From the NCBI GenBank assembly GCA_964415885.1, contig CAYQCE010000001.1, forward strand, positions 8,871 to 72,870: 64,000 bases of DNA, given 5' to 3'. The translations under genes and the position numbers were made by a program. Shown one piece after another: positions 19,101 through 28,667 of this stretch. Below the pieces are notes generated by a model. That model saw nothing but the letters and a program-made list of their open reading frames with translations, had not been told where the DNA came from and did no database searches. Source of the stretch: an uncultured Ignavibacteria bacterium (GTDB taxonomy: Bacteria > Zixibacteria > MSB-5A5 > JAABVY01 > JAHJOQ01). Position 1 is the first letter of the stretch; each line of letters starts with the position of its first letter.

Positions 19101-19801
19101 CTGACTCGATACCGGACAGCGAGATAGTAACACTAATCTTTGATGACAATTTCTCAACCGCCCAGAGCCTTACGGCAATGTCTGGAAGAGGAATCGGAAT
19201 GGCTGCGGTGAAACGCGAACTGGACAAGCTCGGCGGCAGTGTCGAGATAGAGACAGAGATCGGCAGGGGGACTCGACAGATATACAGGATCCCGATCGAG
19301 GATTCGCTGGAGATACCGGAACTCACGGTTGACGATATCATGAAGCCCCTGATGGTCAAGGCGAGGGAGTATATGACCTCGGAGCTTGATCTGCAGATAA
19401 CCGGGGGAGACGGAGGCAGATTCAGTCGATCGGAGAAACTGGCTATTAAGAGTACTACAGCCATGATTGCAATAAAGGGAACGCTTCGCGGTACTTTCAT
19501 GCTGAGTTTTGACGAGAAGCTCGCGCGATGTGTCGTAAGTCGGTTTTCAATGGATGACCTGACCGAGGCAGAGGTTGAGGCATATGCAGAGGATACGGTT
19601 GCCGAGATATCGAATGTCATTCTGGGCCAGACGATAAGCGCGTTGCAAGAGGGTAACGACCTTGTCACTATTGAGCCGCCGGTCACGATTCGAACCAGCG
19701 CATCTCACGTCAAATACACGAAATCCTACATATACACGAACAATATCGAAACCAACGAGGGAAGCCTGAGCATCAGTTTCTTTTCTTCCGATGCTCTTTG
19801 A
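16169..19801 (+). CDS. PAS-array sensor fused to a CheA-like histidine kinase (Hpt + dimerisation + HATPase) with a C-terminal CheX/CheC-like phosphatase domain
   Basis: 1210 aa with several PAS-like segments in the first ~700 aa. The Hpt motif is FREIHTFKGTFSQLE. The CheA-type N box is LVHVFRNIMDHGLE. G boxes are DDGRGID and MSGRGIGMAAVKRELDKLGGSVEIETEIGRGT. There is no CheW-like P5 domain. The C-terminal ~170 aa (AMIAIKGTLRGTFMLSFDEKLA...EISNVILGQTISAL) resembles CheX/CheC. Confidence 0.7.
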   Translation: MATRSRTIHQIEEDLLKLTGKINQFVSRVDTPGSANEQLSFAKLSLDSSCHPAVLVDSNANLIYFNDAALNKFGYTEEEFGQLSLLDLLPNRDPSAWSDLWAEIRKRMTYIEDTILKLANGDRQGAELTINYLRFDESEYAAVIVRDTLVHDSQDNDLWLNEYQYRNFVQKHEGIAFRTTLDFRPVLFHGALEEITGFSEEEFIEGGIRWDQIIHPDDIELFLERTDYLLRVPSSSAEIEYRIIRKDGVVRWLSEHIQSVCNVRGEPAYIQGFVYDITRHKEPEEDHRDSETKYRTMMEAMRDPVHICNQDHQIEYMNSAMIERVGRDATGDLCYAALHDRPDICPWCPWDETRLGKTQTREIVSPKDEKSYQITSSPVFHSDGSMVMLTIYRDVTDQKNADKELSFLSSVVQQSTEGVAVTDLNGRIMFINRAWAEMHGYNPDASFEGRHISLFHSEESYSIEIAQLSHDAIEIGSRSEEVEHKRNDDTFFTALTTTTVLTDNRGRKFALAMLAKDISDRKRVERELRKLNEELEERVEERTAHLQEELEGRERIETALLDETEKIQSLLDNAGQGFLTFGFDMKVDVEYSEECRKLFNGEIWGSLFPDLVYPDSEEKRDFLTSLLTDYFAETEPERVNLFMSLLPSEVFLNGRYIQVEYKPIVTPDNEREKRLLIVLTDVTEKHELLDQVEEEKNRLKMLVRAVTHYDELIDAVRGYECFCKSRVHRILESEESSDARIGELFREIHTFKGTFSQLEMKGAVDKLHGLESRISEIRSKSTNAIDELKTVIADSGIENWLDDDLRIVTGTLGHEFLSRKETLRVEPSHVVELEKQMISILSPAEMKLLLPKLRRMRCKSLKRMLSPFPEYLDRLASAFGKAIYPLEIEGDDITVDPERYQQFVKTLVHVFRNIMDHGLENVDDRIESGKDEQAKVRCCIGNDDEHLVIEISDDGRGIDAQKLREHAVKLGICDQATADSIPDSEIVTLIFDDNFSTAQSLTAMSGRGIGMAAVKRELDKLGGSVEIETEIGRGTRQIYRIPIEDSLEIPELTVDDIMKPLMVKAREYMTSELDLQITGGDGGRFSRSEKLAIKSTTAMIAIKGTLRGTFMLSFDEKLARCVVSRFSMDDLTEAEVEAYAEDTVAEISNVILGQTISALQEGNDLVTIEPPVTIRTSASHVKYTKSYIYTNNIETNEGSLSISFFSSDAL

Positions 19802-19837
19802 GCTGTTATCCCGGAATCGAGTTACCGGGGAGGGAAA

Positions 19838-20227
19838 ATGGCACGAATAATGATTGTTGACGATTCATCGATGATGCGCCGGAACCTGAAGAAAATAATC
19901 TCGGAAGCCGGTCACGAGGTGGTGGCCGAGGTGTCGAACGGGTCTGATGCCTGTACCACATACGAAGAATGCATGCCGGATCTTGTTACAATGGACATAA
20001 CGATGCCGTACCTCGATGGTATAGAGGCGGTCAAGACCATCAAAGAGGTTTTTCCTGATGCGAATATCATCATGATCAGCGCTCATGGCCAGGAGGACAA
20101 GATCTACAAGGCGGTCAAAGCCGGCGCACGGGGATATATTGTAAAACCCATACGCCCGAGCAAGGTTGCACAGGTTATCGACCAGGTTTTATCCAGTACG
20201 AAACAGGATCAGCAACCACAACGCTGA
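19838..20227 (+). CDS. Single-domain CheY-like response regulator
   Basis: 129 aa, MARIMIVDDSSMMRRNLKK...DLVTMDITMP...ARGYIVKP, carrying the conserved Asp and Lys of receiver domains. It lies 36 nt downstream of the CheA-like gene. Confidence 0.85.
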   Translation: MARIMIVDDSSMMRRNLKKIISEAGHEVVAEVSNGSDACTTYEECMPDLVTMDITMPYLDGIEAVKTIKEVFPDANIIMISAHGQEDKIYKAVKAGARGYIVKPIRPSKVAQVIDQVLSSTKQDQQPQR

Positions 20228-20249
20228 GCGGCGATCATTCCTCAGACGG

Positions 20250-21608
20250 CTAAGCTATCCAGATAGTCTTGATATTCACGAACTCCCGGATTCCATAGTG
20301 GGATAGCTCGCGCCCATAACCGGATTTCTTCACACCTCCGAACGGCAGTCGTGGATCGGACTTGGTCATGCCGTTTACGAACATGTTTCCTGTCTCAATT
20401 CTCCGAGCCACTCGAATTGCACGTTCGACATCCTGTGACCAGACGGATCCGCCGAGGCCCAGCTCGGAGTCATTTGCGACCTCGACAGCCTCATTCTCGT
20501 TTTTGACTGGAATGATGGCGGACACGGGCCCGAATGTTTCCTCATCATAGGCCGGCATGCCCTTTGTAACGTTCGTTAGCACGGTCGGGAGGTAGAAAGC
20601 CCCCCTTCTGTCGGCTCTCTTTCCGCCGATCAGGAGCTTTGCGCCCTTGTCTATGGAATTTTGAACCTGCTTGTGAAGTTCCTCGAGCAGGTCTTCACGC
20701 GCAATTGGACCAACCTCCGTATCTTCGTTCATCGGATCGCCAAGCTTCATCGACTGCATGATTTCGGATTGCTCTCTCTCGAATCTCTCGAGCATGGATT
20801 CGACGACAATGAAACGTTTGGCGGCGATGCAGCTCTGTCCCTGGTTAATCATTCGAGCTTTGGCGGCCGTTTTCACACACTCTGAGATATCCGCGTCTTC
20901 GAGGACTATGTACGGATCTGATCCGCCTAGCTCCAGAACCGTCTTCTTGATTTCGCTGCCTGCAATCGATGCGACACAGCTGCCGGCGGGCTCGCTGCCC
21001 GTCAATGTAGCCGCTTTGACTATGGGATTTCGAATGACGGCTTCGACCTTGCTGGATGAGACCAGCAATGTACGGAAGAGATTCTCAGGGAGATCCGCCT
21101 CGCGGAAAAGCCTTTCCAGCGCCATGGCGCAGCCGGGTACGTTGGAGGCGTGTTTCAGCACACCCGCATTACCGGCCATAAATGCCGGTGCGGCGAAGCG
21201 CATGACCTGCCAGAAAGGAAAATTCCACGGCATCACGGCCAGCACGACTCCGAGCGGCTGAAAGGCAACGAAGCTCTTGGATGCGTCGGTTTCGATTATC
21301 TCGTCGGCGAGGAAGTCGCCGGCATTTTCTGCATAGTAATCACATACCCAGGCGCACTTCTCTACCTCGGCGCGCGATTCGGTGATAGTCTTGCCCATCT
21401 CCCGGGTCATTATCCTGGCCCATTCATCGACTTTGTCGCGCAGCACGGAGGCGACGTTCTTCACGAGCTTCGAGCGATGCTCGAACGATGTCTCGCGCCA
21501 ATCGAGGAAATCACTTTGCACTGCCTCGAGTATCTCCTCGACCTCGCTCTCCGTATGTTCGGGGTAGTCCTTGATCAGTTCATTGGTAGCTGGATTGATT
21601 GCTTTCAT
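20250..21608 (-). CDS. NAD(P)-dependent aldehyde dehydrogenase (succinate-semialdehyde dehydrogenase-like)
   Basis: 452 aa. MKAINPATNELIKDYPEH..., the ELGGSDP motif and the catalytic Cys context GQSCIAAKR are all present. Confidence 0.85.
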   Translation of the reverse strand: MKAINPATNELIKDYPEHTESEVEEILEAVQSDFLDWRETSFEHRSKLVKNVASVLRDKVDEWARIMTREMGKTITESRAEVEKCAWVCDYYAENAGDFLADEIIETDASKSFVAFQPLGVVLAVMPWNFPFWQVMRFAAPAFMAGNAGVLKHASNVPGCAMALERLFREADLPENLFRTLLVSSSKVEAVIRNPIVKAATLTGSEPAGSCVASIAGSEIKKTVLELGGSDPYIVLEDADISECVKTAAKARMINQGQSCIAAKRFIVVESMLERFEREQSEIMQSMKLGDPMNEDTEVGPIAREDLLEELHKQVQNSIDKGAKLLIGGKRADRRGAFYLPTVLTNVTKGMPAYDEETFGPVSAIIPVKNENEAVEVANDSELGLGGSVWSQDVERAIRVARRIETGNMFVNGMTKSDPRLPFGGVKKSGYGRELSHYGIREFVNIKTIWIA

Positions 21609-21799
21609 ATTACCTCACCTTTCCGGAAGTCGAATCTGTCTCGAGTGTATTTCTGACTCCATAGCATCGGACTAATCCGATCGTATGTTCGAGATTGCCG
21701 TAAACTGATTCCGTTTGATCAGAGACACGGTGTCGTATCCGTGCCTCTGCAAACTCAGATTACTGTTCTTGAGTCGTGTTGCAATTGGTGCATGAGTTC

Positions 21800-24700
21800 T
21801 CATACTGAGCGACCCTCGGGAGACTGATCCGTTCCTTTACTGCGCTGATTTTCTTCGATAAGCTTGTCGAGATTGGTGGGCAGGATTACCGTAAGTTTCG
21901 TCCCCTTACCGGGAGAACTCTCAACTCTGATGTCACCGAAATGCTCCTTAACTATCTGGAAGCAAATCGACAGCCCGAGACCGGTTCCAACCCCGACCCC
22001 CTTAGTCGTGAATCCGGGATCGAATATCCGCGACAGGTGCTCGGAAGATATGCCCGAGCCAGTGTCCGATATCTCGATGTAGATATTTCTGTCTTTCTCG
22101 TAAGTCCTGATAGTGATTGTCCCGTCACAGGCTATGGCTTGTCTCGCGTTGTTGAATATATTCAGGAGTACCTGGTTCAGGCGTCCCGGGTAAACAGATA
22201 CCGGACGTATCTCGCCGTAATCCCGTTCAATCTTGATGTTGTGCTTGATTTCGTGATGGATCAGCGTGAGCGTGTCCTCGATTCCCTCATGAATGTCGAC
22301 CTTCTTCAGCTCGGCTTCGTCAAGTCTCGCGAAACTCCGCAGTCTTCTGACAATTGATGTGACTCTCTCGGTACCGGATTTGATCACACGGTTTGCATCC
22401 TCAATCGCTTTTAGTGCAGTTTTGACCTGAGGATTGTCGTCGACGACGCCCGGCTGTTCCGATTCGAGTGACGTTCTCAGTTTGCTGATTGCGCGTATCA
22501 GTGTGTTGTGCATGCTGGCAACCGCGCCGACAGGTGTGTTGATCTCGTGCGCGATTCCCGCTACAAGCTGGCCGAGGGAGGCCATTTTTTCCGACTGCAC
22601 GAGCCGGCTCTGTGCCTCGCGGAGTTCCCTGTTGGTACGTTCGAGATCCTCGAGCAGGGATTTCATCTCTGTGATGTCATGCGCGACGCCGATCGCTTCG
22701 ATTATATGCCCGTTGTTATCCTTTAGGAGAGCTGTTGCGGATGTGAACCATCTCCAGTCACCGTCTTTCGTGCGCATTCTGAACGGGTATGTCCCGGTTG
22801 GATGAGGATGATCCTGATACATGCCTTCGGCTATCCAGCGCTCGGTGTCCTCGCGCTCCTCCGGATGAATCAGCTCCAGCACTGATCGCCCTGTGAAATC
22901 CTCCGGGGCGAAGCCAGTCGCAACAGTGAACTGCGGTGAGATGTAGTTGAACTCCCCCTTCGCGTTCATTGAGTAGATGACGTCCGTTGCCTTCTCGACG
23001 AGGCTTCGGAATCGTTCTTCGCTAACCCGCAGAGCCTCCTCGAACTGTTTCCTGCCGATGTAGACACCGATCATTTCAGCGGCTGTGCGGAGTAGCCGCA
23101 CGTCTTCGCTCGTGAACTCATCGCCTTCCATGCAGTCATCGAATCCTATGAAGCCGTACCATTTTGACCCGACCACAATTGGAAGCCCGAGAATGGACTT
23201 TATATCCTGCTCTTCAAGTAGATTTTGCTCAGATTCCGGGAAGTCCGCAACATGCCCCTGAATTGCCTCGCCTCGATCGAGCGTCTCTTTCCATCGCGTG
23301 AATCCGGATGAGTAGGGGAAGTGAAGCAGCTCCGAGTTGTCTATCTGCGGCTCAACACCTTCAGCGCACACCTCGTGCGTCTGACGCATGCAGAGGCCAT
23401 CATCCGGATCCTCGATATTCTCGAATATGTATACCCTGCTCACTCCGGTAGCGTTGAGCAGGTCCCTGAGCGCTGAATCTATAGCCTCGTTAAAACTGTC
23501 GCCGGTCAAAAGCGAGCGTGACAGGCTTGCGATGCCCTCCTCATATTCCAGTCTCTGTGACAGTGCCTTCTGTGCGAGGCGCTGTTCGGTTACGTCGCGA
23601 CCGATACCGGCGAAGCAGATCAAGTTGTGGTCCTCGTCATAGACGGGGAAACCGCTGATATCGACGGTCTTCTTACTTCCGTCCTTCATCGTGGCATTCA
23701 GCTCGGTTCTGAAACTATCGGCATCGCTGTTGATCGCCTGCCGTATCTTCGTGAATTCTATCTCGCCAATGATCCCCTGCAAGCCGATTTCTCGCATTTC
23801 CTCTGGAGTATAGCCGGTTACCGCAGCGTGGGTCGGGTTGGATTCGAGGAAGTTGCCCTTCTTGTCCAGAATCACGATGCTGTCTCGCGAGTTGAGGAAT
23901 ATCTCCTTGTAGAGGCGGAGTTTGTCTTCGGCACGCTTTCGCTCCGTGATGTCTATACCCGTCGCGATAACGTATTCGACTTCACCGTTCGAATCGAGGA
24001 TAACTGTATTGGACCAGGCGATGAGTCTGCGTTCGCCATTTTTGGTGAGCCAGTGATTCTCTCCACTGACGTATCCCTTTCGACGTCTTATTTCGGCGAA
24101 CCGATCGGCGAGCATCTCTTTCTCCTCTGGCAGGACGAATATACCCTGAAAGCCTCTGCCGAGAACCTCGTTGGCTCTGTAGCCGCTTATCCGCTCGCAG
24201 GTGCGATTGAATATCAGAATTTTGCCGTGCGGATCGAGCACTATGACGAGTGCACCCGCCGTGTCGAGAATCGCTGTGACGAAACTCCGTTCCTTCCTTA
24301 GCTCCTGTTGCGTTTCTTTCAGCTCGGTTATATCCGTGATTCCGCCGATGACTACTTTTTCGCCGCCGAGTTCGGTCAGTGCGAGAGACATCGAAGTCCA
24401 AATGATCTTCCCGTTTCTGTGTTTCAGTCTCACCTGGAAGTTGTCTACAACTCCTTCCTCACGAATCCTCGTTATTAACCGCTTGCGATCTCTTATGTCA
24501 TAGTAGAACTCCGGGGTCGTCCTGTCCTTGATTTCAGGCGTGCTGTATCCGACGAGGTTCGCGAGATGGTGATTCAGATAGATTACCCTGCCGTCCTCGA
24601 TGCTGCTTACAATCGTGGGGGTAGGTGAGGTCTCAACGATTAGCTTAACCTGCTCGATTGTCTTGCGGTCTTTGGTGACATCCACAAATATCCATGCGCG

Positions 24701-26218
24701 ACCAATCTCCGAGCCGTCCGAGTCGTGCACAGGCAGGCAATAGAAAACTATCCATCTGGTTTCGTCGACTTCGAATTGGATTGCCTTCTTCTCCAAATCC
24801 ATCCATGATTCAGAGGTGTCTGCGAGCGAATCCTGGTTCTTCAGGACATCCTCGACCCTGAGCTGGAAGGCGCGTTTGTCACGGGCTCTCTCGGAGAGAC
24901 GGTGAAGCAACGTATCCCATGTCTTTCCCACTGCGTCACGTTCAGATACTCCGAAGAACTCGACAAATCGCCGGTTGACTGTACTGACAATTCCGGCGCG
25001 CCCCACCATGGCGAGGGCGGAGGGTGAGGCGTCGTATATTGCGCGGAGTTCATTCTGTTTGTATGAGAGTTCATCGAGTAACTGCTTCATCTCAGCGTTC
25101 TTCTTTTCGAGCTCCTCCTGAATCGAGAGCAAGTCGACATTCGCCTGAGCGAGTTCAAGAGTTCGACTCTCGATCTGTTTGGCCTTTTCGTCGAGCTTCC
25201 GGTTAGTATCACGTAGAACGCGCGTGCGCTCGTCGACCTCCCTCTCCAGATGCTGGTACGATCGTATGTTCTCTATCGCAAGTCCGACCATCGAGGCAAA
25301 CGTCTCGAAGCGCGCAACATCCTGCTCATCGAGGTCTCTCTCGTGATGCTGCATATTGCCAGCTATTACACCGATCGGCTTGTTTTTGACCCTTAATGGC
25401 GTGAAGACCACAGCCTTTGTTCGGATTATCTGTCCCTGTTCCTTCGGCCATCTCGGATCGGCATTCAGATCATGAATGACAATGGTGTGGTTCGTCTCCA
25501 GACATTCCTGCATGTGGGGAGGACGCGGCACGCTCGGGTCCTTGAATCTGTCCCTGAACATTTCGGTTAACTCGGCGGAGTCCTTCTCGAAGCAGAGTGA
25601 CCTGATTTCAAAATCTCCGTTTTCAGCCAGGAAGCAGATTGCTCTGTCAAAGCCGAGTGTGCTCGTCAGAAGAACCGGAGTGTTATCCAGCAGTTCGTTT
25701 TCGTCATTGATTCGCGTGATCTCGTTCGAGAGCCTGCTCAGAGCCATGAGTTGCCTGTTGGAGAACTCGACTCGTGCAGTACGCTCTTTAACGCTCTGCT
25801 CAAGGTCCTGCGAATAGGACGCGAGTTTGCTGCGCAGAGCGACAATCTCAAATGCCTGCTGGACCACGATATCGAGCTCGTCGGATTCGAACGGTTTCAG
25901 AAGAAAACTCGTGGCTCCCCGTCTGATAGCCTCTCTGGCGAGCGATGCTGTACCGTGCGCGGTTAGAATAAGAAAGGGCGCTTCAGGAGAAATGTCTTTA
26001 ACTCGATCCAGCACCTCGAGCCCGCTCATTTCCGGCATATTGAGATCACAGAGGACCAGATCGATTTTGCGATCACTCAGAATCGACAGGCCCTTCTCGC
26101 CGGTATCGGCAACGAGGCATTCGTATCCCAGATTGGTGAACATCCGGGCGACGTCCAGCCTCTGCTGGGGGTCATCTTCGATGTATAGAACAGTTTGTCG
26201 TTTGTTTTCATTGTTCAC
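21800..26218 (-). CDS. Large hybrid sensor histidine kinase (N-terminal REC, GAF, multiple PAS, HisKA, HATPase_c)
   Basis: 1472 aa. The N-terminal receiver is VLYIEDDPQQRLD...DLVLCDLNMPEMSG. Repeated PAS-like blocks follow. The H box is LGQLVAGIAHEINTPVGAV, with C-terminal ATPase G boxes (DTGSGI, GLGLSI). Confidence 0.85.
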   Translation of the reverse strand: MNNENKRQTVLYIEDDPQQRLDVARMFTNLGYECLVADTGEKGLSILSDRKIDLVLCDLNMPEMSGLEVLDRVKDISPEAPFLILTAHGTASLAREAIRRGATSFLLKPFESDELDIVVQQAFEIVALRSKLASYSQDLEQSVKERTARVEFSNRQLMALSRLSNEITRINDENELLDNTPVLLTSTLGFDRAICFLAENGDFEIRSLCFEKDSAELTEMFRDRFKDPSVPRPPHMQECLETNHTIVIHDLNADPRWPKEQGQIIRTKAVVFTPLRVKNKPIGVIAGNMQHHERDLDEQDVARFETFASMVGLAIENIRSYQHLEREVDERTRVLRDTNRKLDEKAKQIESRTLELAQANVDLLSIQEELEKKNAEMKQLLDELSYKQNELRAIYDASPSALAMVGRAGIVSTVNRRFVEFFGVSERDAVGKTWDTLLHRLSERARDKRAFQLRVEDVLKNQDSLADTSESWMDLEKKAIQFEVDETRWIVFYCLPVHDSDGSEIGRAWIFVDVTKDRKTIEQVKLIVETSPTPTIVSSIEDGRVIYLNHHLANLVGYSTPEIKDRTTPEFYYDIRDRKRLITRIREEGVVDNFQVRLKHRNGKIIWTSMSLALTELGGEKVVIGGITDITELKETQQELRKERSFVTAILDTAGALVIVLDPHGKILIFNRTCERISGYRANEVLGRGFQGIFVLPEEKEMLADRFAEIRRRKGYVSGENHWLTKNGERRLIAWSNTVILDSNGEVEYVIATGIDITERKRAEDKLRLYKEIFLNSRDSIVILDKKGNFLESNPTHAAVTGYTPEEMREIGLQGIIGEIEFTKIRQAINSDADSFRTELNATMKDGSKKTVDISGFPVYDEDHNLICFAGIGRDVTEQRLAQKALSQRLEYEEGIASLSRSLLTGDSFNEAIDSALRDLLNATGVSRVYIFENIEDPDDGLCMRQTHEVCAEGVEPQIDNSELLHFPYSSGFTRWKETLDRGEAIQGHVADFPESEQNLLEEQDIKSILGLPIVVGSKWYGFIGFDDCMEGDEFTSEDVRLLRTAAEMIGVYIGRKQFEEALRVSEERFRSLVEKATDVIYSMNAKGEFNYISPQFTVATGFAPEDFTGRSVLELIHPEEREDTERWIAEGMYQDHPHPTGTYPFRMRTKDGDWRWFTSATALLKDNNGHIIEAIGVAHDITEMKSLLEDLERTNRELREAQSRLVQSEKMASLGQLVAGIAHEINTPVGAVASMHNTLIRAISKLRTSLESEQPGVVDDNPQVKTALKAIEDANRVIKSGTERVTSIVRRLRSFARLDEAELKKVDIHEGIEDTLTLIHHEIKHNIKIERDYGEIRPVSVYPGRLNQVLLNIFNNARQAIACDGTITIRTYEKDRNIYIEISDTGSGISSEHLSRIFDPGFTTKGVGVGTGLGLSICFQIVKEHFGDIRVESSPGKGTKLTVILPTNLDKLIEENQRSKGTDQSPEGRSV

Positions 26219-26579
26219 AGACGGCCATCCTGTTTGCGCCTAATCGATCCAATATATTGTCTGAGTGCGCAAATCCAAAACGAAAGAACGCAATCGGACG
26301 CTCCAACAGATTACGATTACATCCACACTTATATCTGCGAGCGCACTACTGTGCACGTTCGACTTGCGGGGATGACTTGTGCCGGATCGGTCAGTTTTCG
26401 GTGATGATCCTGCGAATGATATCCGTGACCTGACGACTGTTTCTGCCATAATTGCTCAGGACTGCCGCTCATCTTCGTAGTTCATCTGAGTGTAGCCGAT
26501 AGCGAGGTTTCGGACGGGTGTATCGGTCTCGAAACAACCGCTGTTTTGCACTTTTCACTTTCTAACTGAGCTTCCAACT

Positions 26580-26813
26580 CTACTTCGATTGGGAGCGGGA
26601 TGTCAGCGAGAACACGAGCAGACCAATAAGGAAGCCTATGAATCCTGTCAATGGGATAAGGAGGTTCGCGGACATCCTGATGTCCCAGAAGAGAATGTTG
26701 ACCTCGACCGTGTGGCTGTTCTGGATCAGGAGAACTATAAGCAGGGCGCAGAGCACCACAACGGCCGTCAGCTTGCCGCCCGGGCTTCCGGTTTGGGATG
26801 GCTGTTTCGTCAT
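26580..26813 (-). CDS. Small two-TM membrane protein, LapA-like (DUF1049)
   Basis: 77 aa. Its hydrophobic pattern, AVVVLCALLIVLLIQNSHTVEVNILFW...LLIPLTGFIGFLIGLLVF, resembles LapA/YciS. Its stop overlaps the MscS gene start at 26810-26813. Confidence 0.45.
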   Translation of the reverse strand: MTKQPSQTGSPGGKLTAVVVLCALLIVLLIQNSHTVEVNILFWDIRMSANLLIPLTGFIGFLIGLLVFSLTSRSQSK

Positions 26814-27775
26814 GTTTTGCTGGCACTTTCGGAAGTGTTATCCGCAGACTTCGACAGCGGCACCGGCAGGGGAGAGCGAACGTGAAGGTCTCGCTGCGGA
26901 AACGGTATTTCTATATTGTATTCCCTGAATTTTCTTACGATTGCTGAGTTGAGCTCGGAACGTATCCTCCAGTGACGACGCGGACTCGGGATCCAGACGC
27001 GCAGTTTCATATTCCAGGATGAGTCACCGAATGTTGCAAACAGAACATCCGGTTTTGGCACTGATAGCACGTCGGGATGCCCATCGGCAACTTCCGCAAG
27101 GGTCTGCAGCACGTCCTCGAGGTTCGAGTTATAGGACACGCCCACTTCGATATCGACCCTTATTTTGGGATCGCCGTGCGACCAGTTTATGACGCGCTGA
27201 GAAACGAATTCCGAGTTCGGCACGATGTAGGAGATATTGTTCAGCGATCGTATCGTTGTCGATCTCATGTTGATCGATAGCACATCACCTTCCGTGTCGC
27301 CGACCGTAACGCGATCGCCAACCTTTATGGGTTTCTCGAAAAGCAGGATTACACCCGAGACGAAATTGGAGGTCACGTTTTGGAGGCCGAAACCGATTCC
27401 GACCGACAGCAGCCCGAAGATTACTGCAAGCCCGCTCAGGTCTATGCCGACGAACTGAAATGCCACCAGTGCGCCGACGCTCATGACGAGGTAGTGCGTA
27501 ATTCGCCGGAGGGGATACTGAGTGCCCTCTTCGATTTGGAATCGGTTCAGGATGCGTTTCATCAAGCCGCGAACAAGGAGCCTTGAGACGAGCAGGAAGA
27601 GGAGCATGACCACGACAAACATGATCAGCGACATAAACGTGATCGGCGTCTCGTTCAGCTTGAATATCTCGTAGTGGAGAACAGCATCCGCAATTTGGAA
27701 CATCTCATCCAGGGTCTTCGGGAGGTTGATGCTCTCCATCAGAGAGTCCAAGTTGTTGTTTGTGCTCAGGCTCAT
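26810..27775 (-). CDS. Mechanosensitive ion channel, MscS family
   Basis: 321 aa with N-terminal TM helices and a conserved MscS beta-domain, IKVGDRVTVGDTEGDVLSINMRSTTIRSLNNISYIVPNSEF. Confidence 0.8.
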   Translation of the reverse strand: MSLSTNNNLDSLMESINLPKTLDEMFQIADAVLHYEIFKLNETPITFMSLIMFVVVMLLFLLVSRLLVRGLMKRILNRFQIEEGTQYPLRRITHYLVMSVGALVAFQFVGIDLSGLAVIFGLLSVGIGFGLQNVTSNFVSGVILLFEKPIKVGDRVTVGDTEGDVLSINMRSTTIRSLNNISYIVPNSEFVSQRVINWSHGDPKIRVDIEVGVSYNSNLEDVLQTLAEVADGHPDVLSVPKPDVLFATFGDSSWNMKLRVWIPSPRRHWRIRSELNSAIVRKFREYNIEIPFPQRDLHVRSPLPVPLSKSADNTSESASKT

Positions 27776-27818
27776 TATATCTTCATATCCTCAACTGTTA
27801 GAATCTGCATCGAAAAGC

Positions 27819-28667
27819 TCATCGGCGCAAGAACTCCTCAGTTGTTTTTCGCGCCGGAGGGCTCTTGTCCGGTTCTTCAGGATAGCCGAGCGGTGTGACT
27901 GTTGCTATGTAATGCTCTTTCGGTATAACCAGCCACTCCTTGACGTCTTCACGGTCCATTGCCGCGATCCAGCACGTCCCGAGACCGTAGCACCAAGCCG
28001 CGAGCATGAAATGGTACGCTCCGATGCACGCGTCCTGGATATGGCGTTTAGACAAAGCGGGGTCCGAGGCCACTGCAACTGCGAGGGGAGCGGCATTGAT
28101 CGGTCCGGATGGTTTGCCACGGGTCTCTGAAAGCCGCTTCTTTGTCTCCGGGTCCGATATGATTTTGAAGTAATACGACTGGCAGTTCTTCGATGTTGGG
28201 GCGAAACGAGCGAGCTCGATCGCGTTGTTGAGAACTCCCTCGTCGATACTGTCCGGTTTGAACTGGCGAAAGCTCCGGCGCGACAGCAGCAGTTCATCAC
28301 TCATACGGTGCGGCTCGATCGGATGGTCGAAATATTGAAATTCCAGAGGCCGACCCTCAGGGTCCGCTGCAAAGAACTGGTAGATACGATACTTTTCATT
28401 GTAGCTGGGAGGGGAGAGAGCGGTCTGCTTGAATCTCTCATACATTCTGTCAACCTGATCTCGCGTGCTGTAAAAGAAGGTCAGCATCCCCTCAGTTTCA
28501 GGCTCGTCTCGTTCGCACAATCCGAAGATGAAATTGCCGTGACGAAACAACTTGCAGTCCCCCTGATCGAGCCACAACTCACAGCCGATCTTCTCGATGT
28601 AGAATCTTTGGAGCTCGGTCAGCATTCGGGTTTTGAAGAAGACGATACCACTCATAGCTCCTCGCAA
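27819..28667 (-). CDS. Fusion protein: N-terminal VOC/glyoxalase-like domain plus C-terminal nitroreductase-family domain
   Basis: The N-terminal ~115 aa have a glyoxalase-like pattern (FIFGLCERDEPETEGMLTFFY...). The C-terminal part has nitroreductase motifs (LLSRRSFRQFKPDSIDEGVLNNAIELARFAPTSKNCQ). Its start overlaps the preceding gene by 16 nt. Confidence 0.55.
   Translation of the reverse strand: MRGAMSGIVFFKTRMLTELQRFYIEKIGCELWLDQGDCKLFRHGNFIFGLCERDEPETEGMLTFFYSTRDQVDRMYERFKQTALSPPSYNEKYRIYQFFAADPEGRPLEFQYFDHPIEPHRMSDELLLSRRSFRQFKPDSIDEGVLNNAIELARFAPTSKNCQSYYFKIISDPETKKRLSETRGKPSGPINAAPLAVAVASDPALSKRHIQDACIGAYHFMLAAWCYGLGTCWIAAMDREDVKEWLVIPKEHYIATVTPLGYPEEPDKSPPARKTTEEFLRR

Noticed and set aside
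26482-26826. 114-aa minus-strand ORF overlapping the LapA-like small membrane protein in another frame
   Set aside because: An alternative frame of the same region. The 77-aa two-TM product at 26580-26813 has the LapA/DUF1049 pattern and is translationally coupled to mscS. The 114-aa frame is hydrophilic and motif-free.
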